From a bacterium (GTDB taxonomy: Bacteria > Babelota > Babeliae > Babelales > UBA12409), in assembly GCA_018660415.1 (NCBI GenBank), contig JABJKG010000001.1, positions 15,530 to 79,529 of the forward strand: a DNA stretch of 64,000 nt. The letters are read 5' to 3'. The translations under genes were made by a program, and so were the position numbers. Within the stretch, counting starts at the first letter, position 1, and every line of letters starts with the position of its first letter. Below the pieces are notes generated by a model that did not search any database, had not been told where the DNA came from, and saw only the letters and a program-made list of their open reading frames with translations. This document shows positions 1 through 9,272 of this stretch, piece after piece.

Positions 1-736
1 CTTCCTTTTCAAAGATGGCCTGTAAAAAAGTTTTGGTTGTCGCTAGTAAATTAGCCATGGAAATATCTTTCCCAACCAACAGCCCTTCACATTGCTTAAA
101 CACATAATCATGAGAAGCATCAGTAGCCTCAAACCTATACGCTCTTCCTGGAGCAACAATAGCCAGAGGCGGCTTGGTTTTTTCCATAGTATGAATCTGT
201 ACTGATGAAGTATGAGTACGCATCAATCGTTCTGGCATCTTTAACCAAATGGTATCCTGCATATCTCGAGCCGGATGATCTTGAGGAATATTAAGAGCCT
301 CAAAATTATAAAAATCCTTTTCCATCTCAGGTCCATCAGCAATATCATAACCCATAGTCATGAAAACATTTTCAATGATTTGGGTAATATGAGTATAAGG
401 ATGCAAGCTTCCAGCTTCCTGGTTTGGCCGATAAGCTGAAACATCAAAGCTACTCTTTTGAAGCGCATCCTGTTGGTGACGGCTAGCATCAAGATCGTTT
501 TTCTTCGTAAGATATTGGGCCTCAAGATCCTGTTTTAACTTATTCAATAGAGGTCCAACCTCACGCTTCTCATCAGGAGAAAGCGCTTTGAGAGCTTGCA
601 TAAGCTCAGTAAGTTTTCCCTTTCTTCCCAAGAAATCAACACGGATCTTCTCAAGAAGCTCTATATCTTGTACTGTAGATAAGCGCTCATTGAATGAACT
701 GGTTACCTCTGCAATCTGTTGCTTTATGGTGCTCAC
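1..736 (-). CDS. pheS: Phenylalanine--tRNA ligase alpha subunit; N-terminal part only, gene runs off the left edge
   Basis: Manual minus-strand translation gives VSTIKQQIAEV...FLGRKGKLTELM...HPYTHI...QDHPARDMQDT...MRTHTSSVQI...GRAYRFE, typical PheS blocks. Putative GTG start at 734-736. Absent from the ORF track because it is truncated. Confidence 0.85.
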   Translation of the reverse strand, partial: MSTIKQQIAEVTSSFNERLSTVQDIELLEKIRVDFLGRKGKLTELMQALKALSPDEKREVGPLLNKLKQDLEAQYLTKKNDLDASRHQQDALQKSSFDVSAYRPNQEAGSLHPYTHITQIIENVFMTMGYDIADGPEMEKDFYNFEALNIPQDHPARDMQDTIWLKMPERLMRTHTSSVQIHTMEKTKPPLAIVAPGRAYRFEATDASHDYVFKQCEGLLVGKDISMANLLATTKTFLQAIFEKE

Positions 737-913
737 AAAAGTGCCTTAATTTAGATAGTTTCAACTCTTTATCTTCATCTCTATAATATCAAAGCTGAAA
801 AGGTTTGCAATTGATAGAAATTCGCCATTGACAAAGCCCAGAGCCATTTATACACTTATTAATGTATTCCAATTGAGTTTTTCGGAGATTTTTCCTAAAG
901 ATTCTGTCAATAT

Positions 914-988
914 GCCGAGGTAGCTCAGTGGTAGAGCAGGAGCCTGAAGAGCTCCGTGTCGGGGGTTCAATTCCCTCTCTCGGCACCA
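914..988 (+). tRNA. tRNA-Phe (anticodon GAA)
   Basis: Hand-folded 75-nt cloverleaf: GCCGAGG acceptor, GCTC/GAGC D stem, anticodon loop CTGAAGA, TTCAATT T loop, encoded CCA. Confidence 0.9.
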
Positions 989-1070
989 TTTTCTTGCAAT
1001 CCTTTTATTATTCATTCAAATATATTATGGTATTAAAAAAAAGAGACCATTGAATAATCAAAGGACCCCG

Positions 1071-1721
1071 ATGAAGCCTAGTCCTACTGAAAAATACAAT
1101 GTCGCCTGGTTTAAACTCGCAGAGTTTGTAACTCGTGGAGAAAAAGAACGTGCTCTGGGCATGTTTAGACTGCTCATGCACTCCATCAATAATCAAGCTT
1201 TGGCCTATCAACTACAAGGAGACATGCTCCTATCGTTTGAAGATCCAGAAGCCATAGAATGCTATAGAAAGTCTGCTGCATTATATGTTCAAGACAAAAA
1301 ATTCTTTCAGGCTGCCACCATCTATGAACACCTCCTTTCAATCTATCAGGAGTCCGTTCCTTTCCATGAAAAAATCATTTCATTGTATCAACAGTTAAAT
1401 AATGAAGAAAAAAGTAGATACTTTTTCAAAAAATTAATTCGCTTACTAACTCATAATCAAGAACTTGATCATGCTGAGATGATGTTACAGCAGTTTGAAC
1501 ACTTGGTTACCCTAGAGGAAGAAGCCCTGGTCGCACAACTCAACCTCATGACCCACTTATCAAATCCAGCATATGATGAAAAAGCCAAGAGCAAGTTACT
1601 ATTTAAAACGATTGACCTCTTTTCAGAAATTCCCAACAGTCACCACCTTAATACTTTCCTCTCACAACTTGAATCTTCCCATAAAGAATTCTATACTAAG
1701 GCTTTAGCATATTTAAAATAG
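1071..1721 (+). CDS. Hypothetical all-helical protein, possibly TPR-like
   Basis: Long ORF. An ATG at 1071 preceded by AAAGGA is more plausible than the TTG at 1050. No recognisable catalytic motif. Confidence 0.45.
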   Translation: MKPSPTEKYNVAWFKLAEFVTRGEKERALGMFRLLMHSINNQALAYQLQGDMLLSFEDPEAIECYRKSAALYVQDKKFFQAATIYEHLLSIYQESVPFHEKIISLYQQLNNEEKSRYFFKKLIRLLTHNQELDHAEMMLQQFEHLVTLEEEALVAQLNLMTHLSNPAYDEKAKSKLLFKTIDLFSEIPNSHHLNTFLSQLESSHKEFYTKALAYLK

Positions 1722-1741
1722 TATAGAAGTAGTAAGGCACT

Positions 1742-2344
1742 ATGAAATATTCACTACCCTACGCAATCGTTATTGTCATTTGTCTCGTTATTTTCCTTTC
1801 AGCTCATCAACAATCCAATCGCTTTGATATTGAGCAATTATTCAATAATCAACCGGCTGTAGATCTATTTTCACCTAACGATAATATCCGCAACGCATTA
1901 GTAGATTTTATTGGAAAAGAAAAAAAACATATTAAGATTGCTATGTATTATCTTGCTGACACAGTAATCCTTAAAGCTCTTCAGGATGCCATTCAAAAAC
2001 GAAATATCATCGTAGATATTATTGTAGATCCAACATGTCCTGCACGGGGTATAGAATCAATACATCGTGATGCTCATGTTCATATCTATAATATCAAGAG
2101 CGGAATCATGCATCACAAGTTCATTCTCTTTTGTGGATTAAAGGTCCTAGGAGAAGGCTCTTACAACTTTACTTATTCAGCCCAGAATAAAAATCGAGAA
2201 AACTTCTCTTTTTATCATGGCAAAAAAAAGAACGAGTTTTGTCATCAAAAATACCTACACTTTTCTAAGCGATTTGATTATCTCCTAGAGTCATGCTCAG
2301 ATTATGAGCCAGGAAGATTGATAGGCAAAGAAGTCCATTGTTAA
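1742..2344 (+). CDS. Phospholipase D-family (Nuc-like) protein with signal peptide
   Basis: Single HKD-type motif HHKFILF...GSYNFT. N-terminal hydrophobic signal MKYSLPYAIVIVICLVIFLSA. Confidence 0.6.
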   Translation: MKYSLPYAIVIVICLVIFLSAHQQSNRFDIEQLFNNQPAVDLFSPNDNIRNALVDFIGKEKKHIKIAMYYLADTVILKALQDAIQKRNIIVDIIVDPTCPARGIESIHRDAHVHIYNIKSGIMHHKFILFCGLKVLGEGSYNFTYSAQNKNRENFSFYHGKKKNEFCHQKYLHFSKRFDYLLESCSDYEPGRLIGKEVHC

Positions 2345-2437
2345 CACTCCTTTAACCACAAATTTGAGAAAGTAGATTTCCATTGTTATACTTTGGATAT
2401 ATCCATCTACACTAAAAAAGGTTAAAAAGAGAGTGAT

Positions 2438-3508
2438 ATGCCAGAACAAACCCAAATCTATATTATCACTGATAGTATTACCAATTCTGTTTTTGAAGGA
2501 CTGGTTCTAGCACCAATCTTAAAAAAATTAGACCAAAACCCCGCGCTCAATATTATACTATTCAGTTTTGAAAGCAATATCCTCCATCGGGAAGAAAAAA
2601 AGAAAACTAAAAACATCCATGAAAGACTGAAAATAAAACTCTTTTATCGACCACACTTTTGGGGACGGTTCACTCTGCGCGTATGTATCTTAACACTCCA
2701 ACATAACCTACAAAATCTCTCCAACTATACCATAACTGCGCGCGGCGCCCTGGCTGGATGGATAGCATTAAGGGGAATTAGTCCAGATTGTTCACACATT
2801 ACTATTCAAGCACGTGGTCTTCTTGCTGAAGAATATTGGTATGCCAATCGCTCTAAACTATGGCAGCTCCCTATTACATGGGTTCGCTATCGACAATTTA
2901 AAGCTCTTGAGCGTAAAACCTATCAAAAGCTCATCCCGGCAATGTCACAGCCTACAACCATAGAAGTTGTAAGCAAAGCCATGAAGCAACATTTTATTGA
3001 TATCTACAAGATAGATACTAAGTTCATTTCTATTGCCTCTCAAGATATACCTCCGATAGTAGCAGCAACCAAAATACAAATGTGGCACAAACAAATTCGA
3101 GAACAGTTAAATGTCCCACATGATCGATATGTTTATTGTTATGCTGGCTCGGGTAAAACCTGGCAATGTCCAGAAAAAATCATTCAATTTTTTACTAAAG
3201 AACTAAAAAACAATTCAAAAAGCTACTTATTAATACTTTCTCAAGACGCAAAAGTCTTCCAAGAATTCTGTGATACGGCAAACTTAAAACCTACGGACTA
3301 CCATATAACTCATGTTCCCCATGATGAGTTATTTCAATACATGAGTGCAGCTGATGCAGGTCTGATATTCCGCGAAAACCATATCCTCAACTGGGTATCT
3401 AGGCCAACAAAAATTCTTGAATACCAAAGCGTAGGCCTCAAAATCATCCATAATAATACGGTAGAAATTCTCACTCACGCACAACAACAGTGTCAAATAA
3501 ACCGCTAA
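2438..3508 (+). CDS. Putative GT-B fold glycosyltransferase-like protein
   Basis: The C-terminal half resembles GT4-type layout (YAGSGKTW..., ...MSAADAGLIF...PTKILEYQSVGLKII). Weak assignment made by eye. Confidence 0.4.
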   Translation: MPEQTQIYIITDSITNSVFEGLVLAPILKKLDQNPALNIILFSFESNILHREEKKKTKNIHERLKIKLFYRPHFWGRFTLRVCILTLQHNLQNLSNYTITARGALAGWIALRGISPDCSHITIQARGLLAEEYWYANRSKLWQLPITWVRYRQFKALERKTYQKLIPAMSQPTTIEVVSKAMKQHFIDIYKIDTKFISIASQDIPPIVAATKIQMWHKQIREQLNVPHDRYVYCYAGSGKTWQCPEKIIQFFTKELKNNSKSYLLILSQDAKVFQEFCDTANLKPTDYHITHVPHDELFQYMSAADAGLIFRENHILNWVSRPTKILEYQSVGLKIIHNNTVEILTHAQQQCQINR

Positions 3509-3564
3509 ACAACTTACAATTACTGCTATTTCTTCTATAATTATATTGAGTTTAAATTGCATTA

Positions 3565-4554
3565 ATGTTTTATTACAAAGGTTTCATGAAAAAAATTATA
3601 TTAGGTATTGTCGCTCTTGTCTCAATTACAACAGTGTGTCCACAGGCTGACTTCAATAACCAGAATGATCTTATAGAAGCTGCTAAAAAGGGTAATACTG
3701 AAATTGTAAAACTACTGATTGAGGCCGGTGCTGATCTTAATAATGGTGCAACATATAATAATAACCTTACAGCATTAATATTGGCCGCTCAAAATGGTCA
3801 TACCGAAATTGTAAAACTACTTATTAATGCCGGTGCTGATCTTAATAAAACTGAAACTTTTGGACATACAGCATTAATGCGGGCAGCTAAAAATGGTCAT
3901 ACCGAAATTGTAAAACTGCTTATTGAGGCCAAAGCTAGGCTTGATTTTGTACTTATTAATCTTGATGGTGTGTCTGGTACAGCGTTGGTTCTGGCAGCTA
4001 AAAATGGTCATACTGAAATTGCAAAACTGCTTATTGAGGCCAAAGCTAGGCTTGATGGTGCGTCTGGTGCAGCACTGATGTGGGCAGCTTGCGAAGGTCA
4101 TACCAAAACTGTAAAACTACTTATTAATGCCGGTGCTGATCTTAATATTTTACTTATTAATAACATTGGTGCTACAGCACTGATATGGGCAGCTAAAAAT
4201 GGTCAGACCGAAACTGTAAAACTACTGATTGATGCCGGTGCTGATCTTAATATTAAAGAAAATGGTATCTTAGGTTATACAGCATTGATGCGGGCAGCTA
4301 AAAATGGTCATACTGAAACTGTAAAACTACTGATTGATGCCGGTGCTGATCTTAATATTAAAGATAATGAGTTTGGCTATACAGCATTAATAGAGGCAGC
4401 TGGCGAAGGTCATACCGAAATTGTAAAACTGCTCATTGATGCTAAAGCTAATCTTGATGGTTTTTCTGTTACAGGATTAAAACGAGCAGCTTGCGAAAAA
4501 GGGAGTCATGCTGAAATTGCAAAACTGCTCATTGATGCTAAAGCTGCCCAATAA
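3565..4554 (+). CDS. Secreted ankyrin-repeat protein
   Basis: About nine tandem 33-aa ANK units (TALxxAAxNGHTEIVKLLIxAGADLN). The signal peptide is MKKIILGIVALVSITTV and the true start is probably the ATG at 3586. Confidence 0.9.
   Translation: MFYYKGFMKKIILGIVALVSITTVCPQADFNNQNDLIEAAKKGNTEIVKLLIEAGADLNNGATYNNNLTALILAAQNGHTEIVKLLINAGADLNKTETFGHTALMRAAKNGHTEIVKLLIEAKARLDFVLINLDGVSGTALVLAAKNGHTEIAKLLIEAKARLDGASGAALMWAACEGHTKTVKLLINAGADLNILLINNIGATALIWAAKNGQTETVKLLIDAGADLNIKENGILGYTALMRAAKNGHTETVKLLIDAGADLNIKDNEFGYTALIEAAGEGHTEIVKLLIDAKANLDGFSVTGLKRAACEKGSHAEIAKLLIDAKAAQ
3640..4550 (+). repeat. Tandem ~99-bp DNA periodicity encoding the ankyrin units
   Basis: Near-identical stretches such as ggtcataccgaaattgtaaaactgct and gccggtgctgatcttaat recur about every 99-105 nt. 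Confidence 0.8.
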
Positions 4555-4735
4555 ATCCAATCAGCGGATCCAGTCAATCATATAAGAAATCGCCAAAGAC
4601 CCCACAGACACATTGTTTCAAATAGAAAACCCCGCGGGCGCGATACAGGCCCACCTTTTGCAATTATCGTGGTTTATTTTATACTTGTATTAAGTTAAAT
4701 AAGCATCAATTGTTTTATTATGGAGGTTTTTTATT

Positions 4736-5260
4736 ATGAAAAAAATTATATTAGGGCTTGCAGCTCTTATCTCAATCGCAACAGTGAGTCTATATGCTGG
4801 CGGTGATTCAAATGAGTCATACCTTTTGCCGTATGACAACGAAACACCTCAACCTAGTGCACCTGTAGCTGAAGTTCTTGATGCGAGCATGCTCACTAGT
4901 ATTGATGGAGAAGTTGGAACCGAAACATCTGACTCTGCTGAAAAAGCTTCCGAAGAATCAGAAGAAAGTGTATTTTCTTTTGTAGGAAATATTACTGACG
5001 AAGCATCTTTGATTGCAAAATCATTATATGGTGTTTGTAAGTCTAACTATAAGACTGCTGCAATCAAGTGTGTTAAATACCTCACACGACGTGACTGTAT
5101 CGTTGGTGGACTTGTTTATGGTTCTACTGTTTATGCAGCCATAACACTCAAAAAAGCTGTAAGTAAAAACTATGTCATCGGTGGTGTTGCTATAGCAGCA
5201 GCCGGAGCCGTTGGTACAGTAATGTACAAAAACAATAAAGCTCGAGCTCAACAAGCTTAA
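4736..5260 (+). CDS. Hypothetical secreted/membrane protein
   Basis: Signal peptide MKKIILGLAALISIATVSLYA, an acidic Ser/Glu-rich segment and a C-terminal hydrophobic Gly/Ala-rich region. GGAGG lies upstream of the ATG. Confidence 0.5.
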   Translation: MKKIILGLAALISIATVSLYAGGDSNESYLLPYDNETPQPSAPVAEVLDASMLTSIDGEVGTETSDSAEKASEESEESVFSFVGNITDEASLIAKSLYGVCKSNYKTAAIKCVKYLTRRDCIVGGLVYGSTVYAAITLKKAVSKNYVIGGVAIAAAGAVGTVMYKNNKARAQQA

Positions 5261-6315
5261 GCCTTTCCCCATAGTTTATGCCAAGCCCATAGTAATACAG
5301 TGGGCTTGGTTTCTTTTTTTGGTACTAAAACCAACTCTTCAAGACTAGTATTCACGATTGCGCCTCCACCTTCAGCTTCTGGTCGTTCTTCCAAAACACC
5401 ATTGAGCTGAAAATAACTATGACCCCCTAATGGAAGTTTCAATGTTGTAAATTGACGATTAAGTCGAAACTCACGAAGCAACGCCCTGGCATCAGCTGAG
5501 CTCTTGTCACCTTCAATTCCATCTACAACTTGTTTTAGCATTTTAAAATAAAACTCTTCCAGCCCTGGCTGCTCCAAGATAGATTTTCCTTGACTCATCA
5601 GATGAACCGGACCACCATTACCCCTGCCATTAGGAAAACTGATTCTTAAACCCGAACCACCTGCACCAACGGCCCGAACAAACCATAAAGTTTGAATAAA
5701 CTCACCATTCATGAGCCTTTGCATCTCAGTATCAATACGACTACGGCGTCCTGTAGTGTGAACAATGGCAACAACAGATAATTGATCACGAGGCATAACC
5801 CTGTTAGAAGCATCTTGTTGCAACTCCTCTAACAAGCCTGGGTCTAAAGATAATTGTGATGCATCAGGCATCGCTACCCGTTCAGAACGTACATGGACTT
5901 CTTCAGGATCGCCAAATACAGGAACATTTCTATGACGGGTACAATTTCTTCCCATATGAGAATTAAATTTTTTGCGAGCTTTTTCAGAAACCGGATTCAA
6001 TCCCCTTAAACTTTTAGGGCGCCCTAGTACTTCAAAATCAACAATGGCAACATTTTTCTGCCCAGGTAACTTAAAACGCTCGGTTAACGATACCGTTTCA
6101 TGAGGATCAAACTCAAATAGTGTTCGCTTAGAACCACATAAAAGTTCTAAAACGGTCGAGTCCTCTTCATCGTCAGAAGAATATACTGAGGAGCTATCAT
6201 CCACCACTCTATTAGCTGCCATAGCAACAGCTAAATCGTTTCTCTTCCACTGATCCCAGGCGCCGGTTAAACTCAATGTCGATAATAATAGAATAAATAA
6301 TGCAGTCTTTTTCAT
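5257..6315 (-). CDS. Hypothetical secreted protein
   Basis: 352-aa ORF with N-terminal signal MKKTALFILLLSTLSLTGA. No recognisable domain. Confidence 0.5.
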   Translation of the reverse strand: MKKTALFILLLSTLSLTGAWDQWKRNDLAVAMAANRVVDDSSSVYSSDDEEDSTVLELLCGSKRTLFEFDPHETVSLTERFKLPGQKNVAIVDFEVLGRPKSLRGLNPVSEKARKKFNSHMGRNCTRHRNVPVFGDPEEVHVRSERVAMPDASQLSLDPGLLEELQQDASNRVMPRDQLSVVAIVHTTGRRSRIDTEMQRLMNGEFIQTLWFVRAVGAGGSGLRISFPNGRGNGGPVHLMSQGKSILEQPGLEEFYFKMLKQVVDGIEGDKSSADARALLREFRLNRQFTTLKLPLGGHSYFQLNGVLEERPEAEGGGAIVNTSLEELVLVPKKETKPTVLLWAWHKLWGKA

Positions 6316-6414
6316 CCTTACAGCCCCCTTCTATAAAGAAAGAGGATACAAAAAAACACTGTAGCAATACAAGAAAGAATCCAAGGATCTCAGGTTTTTA
6401 GTATTTGGTAAATA

Positions 6415-7683
6415 CTAAATAAGGAGAGACGCTATCATTGCTGAAGACAGATTTGCAAGAGAGCTTGCAAGTACGGTTTTAAGACCAAGCTCAGTCAGCC
6501 ACTGTCGTTTCTCAGGAACTAAAACCCCAATCCCACCAATTTGAATTCCAATACATGAAAAGTTAGCAAAACCACACAAGGCATACGTAACAATCGTTTC
6601 CGCACGTGCTGATAAGTTCATCGGAACCATTTCCAAAAATGCTACAAACTCATTAATACTCACCTTGGTTCCTAAAAGCTCGGCTACCTTAACTGCAGTA
6701 ACTCCACTAAATCCAAGAAGATAAGCAAACGGTCTAAACAAAATCGCAAAAATCATTTTTAAATTCAATAAAGGCATCTGCCAATCCAAATGTACTAAAG
6801 AACAGAAGGCATTAACCCCTACTGAAAAATACAATAATATCGCATCCAACATACCTATCAACGAAATAAACACGATCAACATCGCACCAACATTTAATGC
6901 TAAGCTCAATCCATCAGAAGTTCCAGCTGAAATAGCATCAAAAATGTTTTTAGTCTTCCGCTCTAGCACGATTGGTGTATCACCACCAGTTTTTGTTTGT
7001 TCAGTCTCAGGAATCATAATTTTTGCTATTAAAATCGAAGCAGGAATAGCCATAGCGCTCGCTGCCAACATAGAGGCAGTAGGAACACCCAACTTAGAAT
7101 AAACAGCCAAAATTGAACCGCTAATGGTCGCCATTCCACTTACCATGACCACAAACAATTCTGAACGAGTCATATCTTTTAAATAATGTTGAACAAGAAG
7201 TGGTGCTTCTGTTTGGCCTAAGAAACTATTAGCAACCGCACACAACGTTTCTGCACCCGAAGTTCCCAGTAAAGGTCGAACCACAAAATTAATCCCAGCA
7301 ACTAAATATTGAACGATGCCTAGATGAAACAAGAGCGACATTAATGCGCCAAAAAAGACAATGATCGGTAGAATTTGAATAGCAAACACCACACCCCATG
7401 GCGCCATATTCACCCCTAATGGTCCAAAAAGAAATTCAATCCCTTTTCCGGCAAACAAATATAGCTGCTCAACCAATGAGGAAACATAGTATAAAGCCGT
7501 AGCACCAATCCACGTTTTTAATGCAATGACACCGATAACAAATTGCATGATTAAAGCAGTAACGACAAGTCGATAGTCAATTTTCTTTTTGTTTGTAGAA
7601 AACACATACGCAATCAATAAAATGAATGCTATACCAAAAAAGTTTAAATAACGATTATGTTCAATTAAATAAGAAAAAAGCAT
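6415..7683 (-). CDS. nupC: NupC-family concentrative nucleoside transporter
   Basis: Polytopic membrane protein with the CNT-like block GTSGAETLCAVANSFLGQTEAPLLV...MATISGSILAVY. Confidence 0.75.
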   Translation of the reverse strand: MLFSYLIEHNRYLNFFGIAFILLIAYVFSTNKKKIDYRLVVTALIMQFVIGVIALKTWIGATALYYVSSLVEQLYLFAGKGIEFLFGPLGVNMAPWGVVFAIQILPIIVFFGALMSLLFHLGIVQYLVAGINFVVRPLLGTSGAETLCAVANSFLGQTEAPLLVQHYLKDMTRSELFVVMVSGMATISGSILAVYSKLGVPTASMLAASAMAIPASILIAKIMIPETEQTKTGGDTPIVLERKTKNIFDAISAGTSDGLSLALNVGAMLIVFISLIGMLDAILLYFSVGVNAFCSLVHLDWQMPLLNLKMIFAILFRPFAYLLGFSGVTAVKVAELLGTKVSINEFVAFLEMVPMNLSARAETIVTYALCGFANFSCIGIQIGGIGVLVPEKRQWLTELGLKTVLASSLANLSSAMIASLLI

Positions 7684-7813
7684 AGACAGGCCTTTTTTTG
7701 TACCGCTAGAAATCGGTTGAGTTAAAGAATAGTTGATGACTTATTTAAAAAGTTTAAAGCATTACTAAAAAATAAATAGACTTGATTTTTTTTAATTTAA
7801 AGGAACAGATAAA

Positions 7814-8893
7814 TTAATCTGTTTTAAGAAACGAGAGCGGTTTCTTTTTACGATCTGTGCGATCACGCTCTTGTAAAGCGTTAACAATATCATCCATCGA
7901 ACCCTCCATAACCTGATCAAGTTTTTTCAAGGTTAAATTAACCTGATGATCTGTCACTCGGTTTTGAGGATAATTGTATGTACGAACTTTTTCAGCACGC
8001 ATTCCAGTTCCAACCAACTCTTTACGCTGTTGGCTCATCTCGCTCTCTTCCTTCTCTTTTTGAGCAGCAAGGATCCGAGACTGTAAAACCTTCATCGCTT
8101 TTGATTTATTCTTGAGCTGGGACCGCTCATCCTGACATGATACAACCACACCCGTTGGTAAGTGTGTAATTCGAACCGCAGAGTCAGTCGTGTTAACGTG
8201 CTGCCCACCAGCACCACTCGCTCTGTAAACGTCAATTCTGAGGTCGGACGGACTAATTTGTACATCTTCCTTCTCATCGGCTTCAGGCAAAACTGCCACC
8301 GTTACCGTTGAAGTATGGACCCGTCCAGCAGATTCTGTATCGGGAACCCGTTGCACTCGATGCACGCCTGATTCATACTTGAGTAACCCATAGACATTCT
8401 TGCCTTTAATATGGATCACAATTTCTTTAAAGCCTTTAAGATCGGTTTCGCTTGCACTAATGATTGAAACATTCCAACGCTTCAAATCGGCATAGGCTGT
8501 ATACATGCGTAACAAGTCAGCAACAAATAATGCTGCTTCTTGCCCACCGGCACCAGCACGAATTTCTATAAAGGCTGAACGATTGTCCAGTTTATCAGGC
8601 GGAAAGAGATAGTCATCGATTTGAGTAAGAAGCTCTTCTTTTTTTTCTTTAAGCTCAGTACTCTCCTCTTGATACAATTCCTGCATCTCTGCATCACCAC
8701 TATCCAATTGTTCTTGAACATCTGTAAGTGATGATTCAATCTCGACTAACTGCTTGTGCATTTCAAGCAGTATTGATAAATGTGAATGCTGTTTTTGTAA
8801 AGTTTGACGTGTTTTTTTATCAATTGCCGGTTGAGACAACTTCTCATTTAACTCATCATACTTTTCAATAACCTGATCCCATTGATCAAACAT
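7814..8893 (-). CDS. prfA: Peptide chain release factor 1
   Basis: GGQ motif (SGAGGQHVNTTDSAVRITHLPTG) and RF1-type block HRVQRVPDTESAGRVHTS. Confidence 0.9.
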   Translation of the reverse strand: MFDQWDQVIEKYDELNEKLSQPAIDKKTRQTLQKQHSHLSILLEMHKQLVEIESSLTDVQEQLDSGDAEMQELYQEESTELKEKKEELLTQIDDYLFPPDKLDNRSAFIEIRAGAGGQEAALFVADLLRMYTAYADLKRWNVSIISASETDLKGFKEIVIHIKGKNVYGLLKYESGVHRVQRVPDTESAGRVHTSTVTVAVLPEADEKEDVQISPSDLRIDVYRASGAGGQHVNTTDSAVRITHLPTGVVVSCQDERSQLKNKSKAMKVLQSRILAAQKEKEESEMSQQRKELVGTGMRAEKVRTYNYPQNRVTDHQVNLTLKKLDQVMEGSMDDIVNALQERDRTDRKKKPLSFLKTD

Positions 8894-9180
8894 TATTTTT
8901 TAGTCGTTTTCACAAGAATGTCTTTTTTGACTTCTTCCTGTTTAGGCTCTGCTTTTTTTGCTGCAGGTTTAGGAGCAACTTTCTTAGGCCCAAATTTCTT
9001 TTGGAATTTTTCAATACGACCAGCTGTATCAACAAACTTTTGAGTGCCCGTATAGAATGGGTGACACGATGAACACAATGTAGAGTGAATATCTTTTTTT
9101 GTTGATCGAGTTTTAATCTCTGCACCACAAGTACAATTTACTGTAATTTCATGTAATTCTGGGTGAATATCTTTTCTCAT
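8893..9180 (-). CDS. rpmE: 50S ribosomal protein L31, zinc-binding type, with Lys-rich C-terminal tail
   Basis: [19 protein letters not shown]...[10 protein letters not shown], followed by [18 protein letters not shown]. Its stop overlaps the prfA start (TAATG). Confidence 0.9.
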   Translation of the reverse strand: MRKDIHPELHEITVNCTCGAEIKTRSTKKDIHSTLCSSCHPFYTGTQKFVDTAGRIEKFQKKFGPKKVAPKPAAKKAEPKQEEVKKDILVKTTKK

Positions 9181-9272
9181 AATTTTTCGTCTTCCTTACA
9201 ACCAAGTATTATTTTATCGATTATATCTAATTATCCCTTAAAATCACCCTTTTGTAAATGGGGATCTACTGA

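Noticed and set aside
789-989. 66-aa minus-strand ORF
   Set aside because: It lies antisense across tRNA-Phe (914-988), so it is a spurious ORF.
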